This document shows, in pieces, positions 25,001 through 38,700 of a stretch of 64,000 nt of DNA. The translations under genes were made by a program, and so were the position numbers. How positions within the stretch are numbered: the first letter of the stretch is position 1; every line of letters begins with the position of its first letter. The stretch covers positions 67,208,001 to 67,272,000 of the forward strand of contig NC_092352.1 in NCBI RefSeq assembly GCF_963676685.1, read 5' to 3'. The DNA comes from Mytilus edulis (Eukaryota). Under the pieces are notes generated by a model that did no database searches, had not been told where the DNA came from, and saw nothing but the letters and a program-made list of their open reading frames with translations.

Positions 25001-28000
25001 AAATAACATAAAAAATGTGGTGCACACTGTTAAATAACCCGCTACGCGCGTTATTCAGTGTGCACCAAATTTTTTATGTTATTTCTTCATAGACAGAAAA
25101 AATATTACAGTCATTCCTTAAATAATTTAATTTTGAATGTAACGCGTCTTCTGATTGGCTGACGTTATTTTGTTATGAGCCCATAGACATAGTTTAGTCA
25201 TGTGACCGTGACGTCATCAACGTTTTTTCATGGTTTTCTACGGTTTAAAATGAAATTTAGAATTAAATTATAAGAAATGACTGTAATATTTTTTCTGTCT
25301 ATTCGAAATAACACAAAAAATGTGGTGCACACTGTTAAATAATCCGCTACGCGCGTTATTCAGTGTGCACCATTTTTTTTATGTTATTTCTTCATAGACA
25401 GAAAAATATTACAGTCATTCCTTAAATAAATCACAGTGTATGGATTAACATTATAAAACACATCAGAATTATTTTCGTTTATTGTTTTGAACATAAAAAA
25501 TCAGGCTGTTATTTTTTCGTTTGAATTAATTGACATTTGTCATTTCTGGGCGTTTTAAGTTTTGCTCATTGTTGGAGGTCGTACAGTGACCAATAGTTGA
25601 TAATTTCTACGCTATTTGTTTTTGTGTAAAGAGTTGTTTAATTGACAACCCTGGTATATACCTTCTTAAACGCGATCTTCCATGTATAGCCTATTCAATA
25701 TTTTTTACCCAGTTCAACTCGTAGATAAAAATTTCTATAGATAATCGCAACTCAATTGTAAAAACTCGATATTTGCCCACAAGATGCGATACTCATAAGA
25801 CCTAGACTAAGTGTTGATTTCACTGTAAATTATGTTAACACAATTAATTGTCAATGAACTGATATACAATGTACTGTATATGCAAGATGCACATGTGTGG
25901 AAGAATCCGTTATAGTAAATTTTAATTGTGCAGTCCTTAGTGAGATTTATAGTTACCTTTGCAAGTAAACACAATTTTAAAACGCTTCGGTATCTTTATA
26001 CATTCATCTAAAGTAGATAAAGAAGTGTTCCAAACGGGTTCGCATCTTCGTTTTTCATTACAGGATAATTTAACACTTTCTTCTATTCGCCTTCTGCAAG
26101 TATTATAAAGGTCTGGTGTTGAACAAACAAATGTCTCGTGTGTAAGATTAACAGCTAGAACTAAAACTTGTCTACTCCGAAGATTACATAATACAGAAGA
26201 CATATCAGATGGGCACACAGTCTGATCAGGTCTTGAAATATTGACACGGTTTCCAACTGGAAATAAAAACTTTGTTTTATTGGATTGCCAAAATCATACA
26301 AGTGATGGGTTAACCAGATTTAAACTACAACTTTCTACGTCATAAAATGTCTACACCAAGTCGGGAATATGACAGTTATTATCCATACGTTTGATGTTTT
26401 CAATTGATTTCTTACCTCAAAAACATTATGCAGATTTGTAGGATATTCATATTGTCCAATTTGAATAATAATTCTGTTACTAACAATGTATAAGACATTA
26501 GTATCTTTAATTTTAATTATTTTTTTTTTGGGGTGAGGGGGGTCATTTAAGTCTTTGAAGTATTTGTGACTGAAAAGTGGAGCTTATTTTTGGGAATAAA
26601 GACCAGCATTTCTACTTAACCATACTTGTTCAGCAACCTCTATTTGTTATATTAATCAGTTGCGGTCTCATTTTGGTATCGCCTATGTGTGATTGTTTTT
26701 ATAACATTAAGTTGGACTGTCCAATGTTGTGTTAAATTGTATAACTTACGAACACAGTTATATCTAACATGCAACTTCCGAGTTCTTTCCAAATCAGCAT
26801 ATTTTGACGTGTTTATCATTTTGTCTGTTAATTGACACGAGTTTTGACCAATACAAGATAATGTAGGTTCCTGGTTCAATGAGTTGGTTTCTTCTGTTGT
26901 TTCTTTAGGAAGGATACAGCTATCTTCGTCTACGTCAGGAAAGGCAGTTATATTGATATCTTCTATTAGTGTATCCCGAGGGCATTGTAGTTTTACTGTT
27001 GAATATTCGCATAACAGTCTTTCATATACGTTTTCTGTAAAGACACAAAAGCATAATCATATTTTTTAGAAGGTACTGTACATTATATTAAGGGGTCTCA
27101 TTGGGGGGTTTCGATCCCGGATCCCGCTTATTGTTTTGTCAGATTCCCGTATTCCGCTTACACTATTTGCGTAAGCAATTCTCATTTTTTTGTCATTTCC
27201 CGGGTCCTGATAGACCTCATTTCCCGTTTTCACGACACAATAATTTTACTTTCACGTGTCCCTTTTACAAAAAATTGGCAATCCCACGTCACGCTTAGAC
27301 CCCAATTTCATGTGAAATACAAAGGGCAATTAAAAATTAAAACCATCGTGAAAGAATGCATAAAAATGCCAGCTGTGGTACTTCAGATACGCGTTTCATT
27401 TACACGAGTCTCATCAGTGACGCTAGAATCAAAATACTAGTAGTTGAAAGGCCAAGTCAAATAGGAAGTTGAAGGTATAAAAACCGAAACCCTAATACTG
27501 CGCAAGAATAAAATGTGGCGGAAGAAATAAAATCGAGATAATGTATTCCTAAGTGAATGTAATTGTTATCGAAGGAGAATTACGTCTATTCACATTATTT
27601 ATTGTTGCTTTTGATGAGGCTATTGTTGTTAGACGTCCACAAGAACTAAGGCACTAATGACAAATAAGAAGATAAAGGAAGACGTGGTATAAGTGCCAAT
27701 GAGACAACTCTCCATCCAAATAACAAGTTATAAAAGTAAACCATTACAGGTATATGTACGGCCTTGAACACAGAGCCTTGGCTCACACCGAACACGCTAT
27801 AATGGGCCCCAAAATTACTAGTATAAAACCATTCAAACGGAAAAACCAAGTGTTTGCATGCTGATGTTTCTTTGTTCAAGAAAATCTATGTCGATACTTC
27901 CAAACTCAAAGTCTCTCACGTTGACTTTCGGTTTACATTGGACTATAACAAAAATTTTGTCAGTGAAAATAAGCATAACCAATTTCCTAATTTAAACATA

Positions 28001-31000
28001 ATAGGCTAAGCAAAAACCTTGTCTTTATAAATATCACTGGTTTAAAGCAGTCAAATATCTTTAACAGACTGCATATTACGTTTAATGATAACAAAACTGT
28101 TCATCAACCATGAAGAAACACCAGGGTTGTACAAGGTCCTTATGGGGTTATGGTTTTGAAAAGTGTCAAAAGTAGTTAACTTTGGTTCCGAAAAGGCTTG
28201 TTAATAAATCAGATTTAAGAAATTACCAGTGATAAATTTCTAGAATAAAAAGAAAGATATTAAAGGGCAACAATGTTTATTGCTAGTAAAACTGTCCATG
28301 CATCTACATTGAAGGGGAAAGGAAGGAGTTGGTAAGTGGAAATTAAAATTTAAAAAAAACTTTTTGAATTAATATGGGTTTTCACAGAGACCTGGTACGC
28401 AAATATTAAAGAGAGAGAGGAAAATGAAATTTAAATAGCTATCGGCATTATTCGCTTCCCGTTTTGTGAATTGGAATACATATAATTAAATCTGCAATAA
28501 TTGTTTGTTTGATCAATCTTAGGTTATGACAAAAGAGCACACCAGCTAGTCTATAAGATTTTAAAATATTAACATTTAGGCCGGAGTTGTATCGCTTTGT
28601 ACAACATATCTTAATTGTTTACATGTATAAATTATGAAAAGTTTAAAACCACACAATTTTTATATTTTCCTAGGCTCATCCGTTCTTAACATAACTTATA
28701 TTGCCATAAAAAACAACATTAGAAATTATGAATATTTGTGCAAACATTAGAGAAACTAAAACCAATTATTACGAAACACACACAACTATTAAACGTCATC
28801 AGTGAAAAACAAATATAGATACTCTACAGATAAGAAGACAGGCATCAGTTTTACGTATTTTTACATTTTAACAAAATATTCAAACTTTGTTGAATGAATG
28901 AAAGACAAATCAGTACCTAGCTGTATAGACAGGAGACAGAAAATGGGACATCTCTCCACCATAGTCAAATTGAAGCTTATGTTAGCAACTAACGGCCACA
29001 GCTCAACCTTTCACAATGAGCAATCCCAAATGTTGACGGGAGTATAGAAATATGGTCAACCTTTGCATTGGTCAACTTCCGACCGGCTATTGAACACTGG
29101 TCGTATTGGTGTGTTCGTTAGGCTGTGCGGGATGTATATTAATATGAAGCTGCATCCGATCAGAATGGGGATAATAAACCCATTGCCACGTGAAGAGAAA
29201 AAACAACACTAATATTGCATTAATTTTGTGGGGGTTCTTATGCGGCCTGTTGCTTGGCTTAATTTTTGTTCATAACTAATATACTCTTCTTTTCCGCTGG
29301 AATTCCAAATGCTGTCCTTCATCCTGGCTGACCCCCTATTACAGGCCCTTAACTTATTGTATTAGTTTGTAATTTGTTCTCGTCCTGATCAATGCATACA
29401 ATATTTGACAGTCTACGTCAAGCAAACAACATAGCATACCATAAGTCAAAACTTTATGACAACACAATTAACAGAAAACAAACATGACAGATAACAACGA
29501 CTGATTTAGGAAATCTTTTCTAGCCTGGAACAAATAACTTGAAAATAACAGAGACAAAGAACCGATTTAGAATATACGAAGAACATTTAAACGGCAAGCA
29601 GGTGCTGATAACAGATTTTGTAAACGGGTTGGTATGACAGAACAGATTAGGTCTTGTTAATTGTATATACATGTACGACAGGTTATCGAAGTTACTTTTA
29701 TTCATATCATCATTTTGTAACATACTAGCTAGTATATTTAGAAAATTAGAAACCTATCGAAATATATATTCTAAGTTGAGCAAGTCATTTGTTAAAAAAA
29801 AAAAAACTTTGACGCCGATGTTTAAAAAACAATACATGCATGCATATGTTCCAGACCTTATATGAGTATTTGGACCATACGCGTATGGTCATAACCATAT
29901 GGATTTTTGCTTAATTACTATACTCATATGGTACAACCATACGAGTATATACTTCTATGGTTATTAACGGGCCGGACCAAATGAGTATTTTGACCATATA
30001 GGTATTTTTTTCAAATATGCATTACATAGAGATTAATACATGGCCTTTTTCATATAAGCCTGGGTATCATCCCGAGACCCCCATATCAGCCCGAGACGGA
30101 GTCGAGGTGCTGCTACATGTATGGGTCGAGGGATGATATCCAGGCTGATATGGAAAAGGCCATGTATTAATCGCTTTATCATATACTTCCGACAATAGTT
30201 TTATGTAAGGCAAATAAACAAATGCAATGACTAAAACAGTCAAAAACGTTATAAAGAAGATAAATTATGAATCAAATATACTATTATAATTGTCCCAACA
30301 ACAGCATATATTACCTCCATATACTACCTCGGCTCCATATATATGTATGGTAACATTTCCTATATAGGCATTTTGAAACATTGAAAATTTGGAAGAGTTT
30401 TATGATCATTATTACTCCATGTTTGTTGTACTATTAAATGATTAATAATTGTCAATGTAATTTGTTAGCAAGTACTCAACCCCACAAAAGTTCCCTTTTA
30501 AAAATTTGACGTCGTCATAAAAAAATGTCTGACGTCACAATGGAAAGGTTAACAACCGATACCGGAAACACCGGAAGTAACTTGCATGAGAGGCACTATT
30601 AAGGGTTTTGTGCAGGAGATGCACCTGATATGGGTGTACTTCCGCTCATCACACATATGCAAAAGCTATCATATCAATGCTAAGTATATGATAAAAACGT
30701 TTCAATAATACAATAAACTTTATCTTAAAAAAACAACGATGGTGACATGACAATATATTAATTTAAAGTTACGTTAAAATTAAATATTGATGCCAAAGTT
30801 AATTTTTATCGCTTATTACATTCTTGCATGTAGGCGCATTTATGATGGTTGTGCACGATCCTTTCCGGTTATACCCTTTGTTTGCAAGTGAACAGATAGC
30901 CTTCTTTGCAGCTGCGTGCAGTGATGCCAAGGTTTTGGATTATTCCGATGTGTCTACGGTGTTTATGGAGCTCTAGATTTTAAAAATATCGTGATATGAC

Positions 31001-31543
31001 TACAGTACACCATATTCACAATAACAACTCAGATAAGATGTGTTCCTTGCCATTGACTTCTTGTGTAACTATTTATTGAGAAATTTTTGAAAGTTATCTT
31101 TTCAAGTTGACATATTGCTATTCACTCGTAATAACAAATCGGTAATGGACATCAGTATAAAATGTGATCGATTATTTTATTCTGACAGTTAATCTCTTTA
31201 TTATAATAATATAATAAAATACCTATATGATAGCGTATTTTTATGAAACGGTCATACCATATGAAGAGTTGAGAAGTATTCAAAGTAAACTATAACAGAG
31301 TGTTAATTACCCCGACCATATGAGTATATACCCATATGGTCATGACCATACGCGTATGGTCCAAATACTCATATGGTCCGGAACACATACATTATGTTCT
31401 CAATCTAATTAAGTTTAATGTATCTCATGAATGCATTCATTTCAAGCATGCAAGAAAAGTGAAGTATACCTACCTTCAGAACTATATAAACGGATAAATA
31501 TTAACATCACAACTAAGAAAAGTATTACTTTACTATCGTCCAT
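22044..31543 (-). CDS. Receptor A: type-I membrane protein with two SUEL/RBL-like domains and a Tyr-rich tail, 434 aa
   Basis: Exons: 31474-31543 (signal MDDSKVILFLVVMLIFIRLYSS), 26750-27034 (LCEYSTVKLQCP...SCIGQNSC...KLHVRYNC), 25957-26256 (VCP...C...SCNEKRRC...FTC), 24423-24467 (stalk), 23283-23358 (TM GVSVGVTTGVVVIIAAVVVMFWFAKR) and 22044-22572 (tail). All introns are GT-AG with phases 1,1,1,1,2, giving an open 1305-nt CDS. Confidence 0.88.
24817..25424. repeat. Tandem dimer of a 304-bp element, each unit ending in a ~155-bp hairpin
   Basis: Units 24817-25120 and 25121-25424 are near-identical. Each has a TAAGAAATGACTGTAATATT...AATATTACAGTCATTCCTTA inverted repeat. In intron 3 of receptor A. 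Confidence 0.85.
29100..29400 (+). repeat. Degenerate Nin/Deu-domain SINE remnant
   Basis: CAGAATGGGGATAATAAACCC...GGGGGTTCTTATGCGGCCTGTTGC, similar to the domain inside the LTR element. Confidence 0.45.
29847..31385. mobile_element. Non-autonomous TIR element with TGT...ACA ends and a 4-bp TSD (CATA), Ginger-like; carries a nested hairpin element (~30030-30695)
   Basis: TGTTCCAGACCTTATATGAGTATTTGGACCATACGCGTATGGTCAT pairs with ATGACCATACGCGTATGGTCCAAATACTCATATGGTCCGGAACA. CATA at 29843-29846 and 31386-31389. Nested GATTAATACATGGCC...GGCCATGTATTAATC hairpin. Confidence 0.85.
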
Positions 31544-32119
31544 GTTTGTTTCCGTAAAGGAAGTTGATTTATAAGTGTTAGGACGGTTAATGGTTCAACT
31601 AAGAGTAGTTTATGTAAGTTTAAGATGGCCTTATCACACTCTTTTTATAGATATACACAACAAAAAGAATTGGTAAGTACTATCTGATGGTTGACTGAAC
31701 TAAGGACTTATCGATGGATTGTTTGTTGGCTTAGGACTACGATTGTATGCAACACGTTAAAAATGAATGTCCTTTGAAAAAACCGAAGCACTACAAAAGA
31801 GACATTTCGATCACAGGCTCAAAATCTAAAAATGTCTAATCCTTTTCAAACTTGATTTTCAAATAGTACTTGAACACACCCGCGGCATCGCGGATCCGTA
31901 ACTTAAAATCTTTTTCCTTAAACCCGTTCTGTGACAGAATTGCTCTTCTTCATTCAACGGCACAACCGTCTGGAGAAAAAGCTCACTCACGTTTCACTAC
32001 AATAAACTAACTTCGATTCTTTAAATAATCAACCAAATTATATATATATATATAGTGGTATTGAGATGGACGAAAATAAACTTTGTTTACATCTTCGGAT
32101 TTCAAATGTTTGGCTTTGA

Positions 32120-32161
32120 GCGTTCCTGATGAAGGTAAATCCAGAAAAGCGCTTCGGACGC
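32120..32161 (+). ncRNA. Minimal hammerhead ribozyme, family 2
   Basis: GCGTTC CTGATGA AGGTAAATCCA GAAA AGCGCT TC GGACGC: helix I, core and palindromic helix III present; helix II is weak. Confidence 0.6.
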
Positions 32162-32778
32162 AAGAAATTATTAAAAGTGTTATTTTCAATTTTTTTCAAA
32201 CTCATAGATCGAAAATAAACTGACAACGCCATGGCTAAAAAAAGAAAAAGACAAGCAGACAACTAAGAAAACTGAAGACTAAGCAACACGATCCCCACAA
32301 AACTGGGAGTGATCTCGGGTGATCCGGATAGGTAAGCATGCACGTGTTGGCAATGTCAGTTTTAATTTCAACAAGGATACTACATCTTATCAAAGAGGGG
32401 CGAAAGATACCAAAGGGACAGTCAAACTCATAGATCAAAAATAAAGTGACAACGCCATGGCTAAACAAAGAAAAAGACAAACAGACAAACAGACAAACAA
32501 TAGTACACAAGACACAACATAGAAAACTAAAGACTATGCAACACGAAACCCACCAAAACTGATTATTACTATATTATGTTAGTGTTCTTATTTTTAAATA
32601 TTATATCACTCTCTAGTAAAGAACTTGTAGTATGGTAACAACATTTTGCACAAAAGATATCTATGAAAATAAAATTAAAAAAAATAAAATTTGCAACATA
32701 TTACAATCAGTCGTTTTCTTGTATGGGATAACATGATAATTATTGAAAAATGCATTTGCAATTTAACAATGAATTGTA

Positions 32779-35700
32779 TCAGTTTTTTGCTATATCGTAA
32801 TTGTCCTCTGTTGTCGGACCAAAGGCATGGTCATAAGTCTGATCGCTAATATTATTCTGTCTACTATGAGACGCACTGTCATAAACAGTGTCTACAGCTC
32901 TACTATATATGCCCTGCTGATGATCAGAGCAGTTATTTCCCCTTGAAACGTCATACTGGTTTTCATGAAATACATAATTGTCTTTTTCAGTCTCGTTCAT
33001 AGGTTTTGCCATTTCGTAGTTATTTTGTTTAGAATTTAGATTTGTTAATTCCATATTTGTTGAAATCTCCGAATTGCAGTTAGCTATGTTTTCATTTCCA
33101 ATGTGATCAGCGTTTACGTGGTGACGATCTATATTATGTTTGTCATCTGATTTTTTTCTGTAAAGGAAAAATGAAATGGTGAATTATGGAAAATAATCTT
33201 TCGACTAACTTGATTTTTAGCTAATGGTGAGTCCAATTTGCACTACACGCCCGGGCCCGTTCGTGTTTTTAATTTTAAGTTTGATACCTTTTATAAATTG
33301 TGCTCTCTTACTAATAAACTAATCAGAGACACCATGAAATTGAACTTTTGTATTTGAACCAGAAGTTTCGTCTACAAAAAAAAAACCTCATCAATGAGGC
33401 TCGAATACATAAAAGTTAAAAAGGCAAAATAAAGTACGAAGCTGAAGAGCATTGAGGACCGAATATAATTAAAACGTGTTAAAGTTTTGCCAAATACAGT
33501 TAAGGTAATCTATTCCTGAGGTAGACAAGCCTTAGCTTTTCAAAAATTAAAAGTTTTGTAAACAGTTCGCTCTCTTTTATATAGGATTTTTAAATGTCAT
33601 GAATAAATTGTATATTAACTAGTCAAACTTTCCATCCCATTTCTGTGTGTTCACGTTGTGAAACGTCTGAATTTGAATCCACCTTGTTTGATTTTTTTCC
33701 TGTCCAAATTATGATTAAATATTTTGCTAATTGACTGTAAAAACTTAAATTAATCATAGATTACTGAAAGTCGGTTCAATCAGTATACAAATCTGATCAA
33801 ATCTGGTATTAAGAATAGAAAGAACTGCCTGCAACATACACTATGTTAAATATTTTGTATCACGTAAATCAACTCTGTTCAGATTTCAATGCCTTATCCT
33901 CTCGTCACAACAAATATATTGTTCCAGCAAACAAAGCCTTAAATAATATTTGTATATGCATGTGGAATGTCTGAATAAAGAAATTGAAGTTTACAGCAAA
34001 ACTAAGAATCCCGCTTCCCACATATCCCTACATGATTAACGAGAGTGGCGATTTAAAAAAATCATAAATACATTCTTCTCTAATTTGCATTTGTAACTTT
34101 TTTTATTCGAGCGTCTCTGGTGAGTCTTTTGTAGAAAAAACACACGTCTGGCGCGAATATAAAATTTCAATTCTGCTATTCATAATAAGTTTTTTAGTCC
34201 TCAGCATTATGACATTTTGAATGAATGTGAAATTCAATCGCGGTTAATGCATACAAAGCAGGAGACGCTTACCCTGTCGACTCAACCGTTTCGCTACTTC
34301 CTGGGTTTATGTGATTTCCTTAGTTTTTGTTTACTATCTTAATTTGTCATTTAAAAAAATGAGAAAAAATCGTTATAATTCCACGTGCCAGAAGAGCTAG
34401 AGCGTGTCTGAATTTATATTTATTAGGAAGGTGTGATGCGTTAAATCTGAAAACAAGGCTGTATAAGAAATCAAAGCAGCTGGAGAGATATAGAAGTTTT
34501 TCTAAAAGATATTAAATCAGAATTTTTTTTTTCTGTCGCTTTAATTCATTAAGTCTGAATGAGAGGGAGACGAAAGATAACAAAGGGGTAATATTCAAAC
34601 TCATAAGTCGACAATAAACTTGCAATGTCATGGCTAAAAACTAAAAAAAACAAACAGACAAACAACAGTAAATAAAACACAACATAGAACACTATAACAG
34701 ACTGATACTTAAATGTACTTATCTCAGTTTTCCCTCCCTTTTTAATGCCGTACAGATGGATGATGCTTAAAACCTTTGATTATATAAAATATTTACCTTC
34801 TAACGAACCACAGATACGCTACGACGACTCCAATAATAATAAGTATCCCAACTATGACGCCTACAACAATACCTACATAACATGAAGTAAATTATGTTAT
34901 TCACAACAAAAATAGGCATCTTCTTATTTTAAAGCATTATATTCTTCCGCTGCCTCAAACCAGGTAGTCTTATATCGTATGGTTGAAATATAGATGACAA
35001 ATCATATACTGTGGATTTATTCATTTTCGTGTGATCAATTTTCGTGGATGGAGGAAAACTTGCATTTTTGTGGATATTTGATTTCGTGGTTTTGCCGATT
35101 TCTCTGAACAATTCAAATAGAAAAGTTGTAATTCGTTGAACATTATAGAATAGAAAAATAAAACAAAGAACTCTTGTAATTCTTAGCCAGATAAAACGTT
35201 ATTTTTATATTGTAATTTGTGTATCGTTTTAAATGAAATAGACAGAATGAGCTGGTTGTGCATACCTGCTACACCACTTTCAGTCTGCAATGGAAATGCA
35301 TTAGGAACTTCTGAAACAATATATAGTAAAAGCCATCAATTATTGATTGATTTTTTTTATCATCATAGATTCAATATAAGTAACTGCAGATTTAAATTAT
35401 TCATCACGAATAGAATAAAACTACTAATAATAAATTGTGTGTGTGTGTGTGGCAATTGTTTTATCATCTTGATTTTTAGTTACTGCTGAAGTTACACAAT
35501 GATGTGTGTGCTCCGTTAGTGTCTTCTTTTAGTTTTGTTGCACTTAAATTAGTTTCCTTAACATTTAAGTATAGCGTAAACAAGGAAGTTGAAGATTTAT
35601 CCAGAGACACGAGTCTTCGAACGTTCACATTTTGAATGAAGCACGGAAATAATTCAATTATTTAACATTGTTTGGTAATGTTTTGTTTAATTACTAGCGA

Positions 35701-38700
35701 CATGTTATTGTGATTATATCTTAAAATGTGTGTCACATTTTGTTTAAATGTGTGTCACATTTTGTTTAAATGTGTGTCACATTTTGTTTAAATGTGTGTC
35801 ACATTTTGTTTATAGTGTAAATAGGCACTTGTTTATTCATCTTCTTTGTATGCAAAATATTTAATCCATGGAAGGAAACCATTACTTTTGTAAAGAATAT
35901 GAAAGACAAAAATTGAACAAATTGTTTTGGAAGAATTGGGGTAGTGATATTAAAGTAGTATCATATCATGTGAAATGAACCAAAAGAAATATTATATCAT
36001 GCTTTAGAAAAATTTTGTTCAAACGCGTAGTGCAAATTAATGTGATTTGATGGAAAGCTTACACATGCATATACATCATTTGTTCTTTTTGTAATAATGA
36101 AAAGAAAATATATGATAATGATAATTGAAGTAAAGTAATATACAAAATACTATTATAATCTTCACTTACGTTTACAGCTAAATGATATATAAACAAACTT
36201 GGGCAATCTACTGCAGTCATCACAACCGTTAGTAAGTTGTTCACACATTTGGTTTCCATTACATGCTGAATTTACCTTCATTTGATAACATTCTGTGCAA
36301 CTCCTTTTTAAGTTTTGATTTTCGCAAAACGATAAATACTGCTTTAATTTTACTGACTGAATTTCTATTTTTCTGTCACTATTGGTACAATTTACTAACT
36401 TCATATTGAATGGACAAACTGATCCTAAAGGCTTCCGATAGTGGTCATTTTCCTCATCATCTGTAAGGAAATAAGAAACGCAACTTTGTGATCATTATTC
36501 AGGTTCTCATTTCATGTAAATTCAAAATGCTCCAATGGTTTCTTTTATCATTGCGAGATTTAAGTTCTTTTTTTTTTTAATTCATAAAGCATTGTTTTAC
36601 ACGGCATGTCATGCAATCGGACTAATTAATCTTGCATTGGTGTCGATTATCCAGAAATTTTAAAATTATAAATGTAAGCAATGATTTATTTTTATTATAA
36701 AAATTATTTGGGTCAGCAAGGCTTCCTTGAGATGGTATTATTTTTGTAAGGAGTTTTGTTTAATATTTTGTTGTTGTTGCACTTTGAAAATAAGGTAAAT
36801 AAGAAATTTAAGATAGTTTCACAAAAATATGATTTTTTCTTTTGTACTGTACATGTATTTATCTTTTTACATTTTAATATTTCTTTTTTGTTTTTTGTAG
36901 TTTAGCTCTCCTTAAATTCGTATTTTAAACATGCATGCTATGCAAAAAAAAAAGTCTTTGTTTTATTGTGTGCATTTCATACTTACGAACACAGTCAAAT
37001 TCAATTAACAATTTCCTTGTTTTTTCCAAAACTGAACGTGAAACATTTAGCATTTTGTCCGTTAAAACACACGAGTGTTGACCAATACAAGATGAGTAAG
37101 ACGTTGAGTCTAGAGCTATCTTAGTTTCTTTATTTACGTCATCTGTGATACTGCAAGTATCTTGTACGCCATGAATTGTAATTTTAATATCGTCTATTGA
37201 GTTTCCCACAGTACAGTTGAGTGTTACTTCATCATTTTCACATAACACGCTTTCAAAGTACAACTCTTTAAATGAAAAAAAAAAAACATATTTTAATTGT
37301 TTGCTTTTTTTTCTTGAACTGTTTTTTATCCATTCATGTTTGATCTTGAAATGTTCTTTAACAAAACGTATGAAAACATCTTCTTTTAAGGATCAAAGAG
37401 GAATAGGAATTTTAAATGCTTCAGACTCTATTGTAATATCAAATAAATTGGATTCAACGCTCTATTGTGCAATTCCGTCGGGGTCAGTATTTATTGGTGG
37501 AGAAAGCCGAAATATCCGGCGAAAACTTGCCACCTTCAGTAGGAAAACTGAAAATTCTAGCCAATTAAGATTAGAGTTGATAACGACTTCCCCATGAGGG
37601 ATTCTAACTCACAACTTCAGTGGTGTCAGACAGTTATATAGTTGTTCTGTTATTAAGACCTATCGTCCCAACGCCATCAAACTCAATTGTGAACTGTGTG
37701 TAAATGATATAAAAACTTGAAATAAAAATATTATAAAAAATGATATTTAAGTCGATTATTAACTACTCTAACAGACAGGTTTATCCACCATTTATAGATC
37801 ATTATAGTACATGATCATCATTTTGATATTTGCCGATAAATCAAAGATAGGATTTGTTTTGATAAATTTTTTTGAAGCACATATGTTTATCAAAGAGAAA
37901 AAGAAGTTTAATAACAATATCAGAATTGTTTTCGTTTGGTGCCTCTCCATTAACGGAAACCGGAAGGTAAAAAAAATGTGACTATGACAAATCAGACTTT
38001 CTAGCATCTGTGGTCGTATGTGACAGAGACAAAACAAACCACAAAGCTGTGTTCTGGTAGCATCTGTTAGACTGTCGGAAAGAAAACAATCCTCTTTTTA
38101 TAATCATACTTTTTGGTTCATTAGCTTCCTTGTAAGCATTACATTTGGTGTGTAATATCATGAACAAATGTATTTAGTTCTCATCTGAAAACCAAATTTG
38201 ATTTAATGTTGAAAAAATCTGCTAAGAGCTAATTTAAGTCGAAAGACTCATTTATAATTATGGATATCGTTGAACGTGTTGTTGGAGATTTGTGACAAGT
38301 GCTTTAAAAATAACACCGACCTCCTATTACCTGCTGTACTCGTCGTTTGCTTTTTAAGAAGGGACATGATAGAAGCAAATGGAAGTTTTGTTTTTATTTC
38401 AACTTATTTATATTTTACTATTTATCTGAATGTTTTCCCGTGAATTTTGATTGATAGCGCCCTTCTTAGAAAAGATCTAGACTAGTTTTAAGTGTTAACA
38501 AGGGATGTAACATTAGGTCACTACTTTTCTAATATATATAGAATGATATTGGATTGTATAAGTGTTAGGTCAATGTAACAATCTTAGAATTGCAAAAAGA
38601 AACCGAACTTACATTTATTCTTGTCATAAATCGCAAATGTGTTCTTATAGAACATCTCAATATAACAGTTCATAATTATTTCGAAATACTGTCTTTCATT

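Noticed and set aside
32235-32510. Hydrophobic ORFs (also 45691-45906, 27646-27879, 44008-44190)
   Set aside because: Translations of abundant dispersed non-coding repeats.
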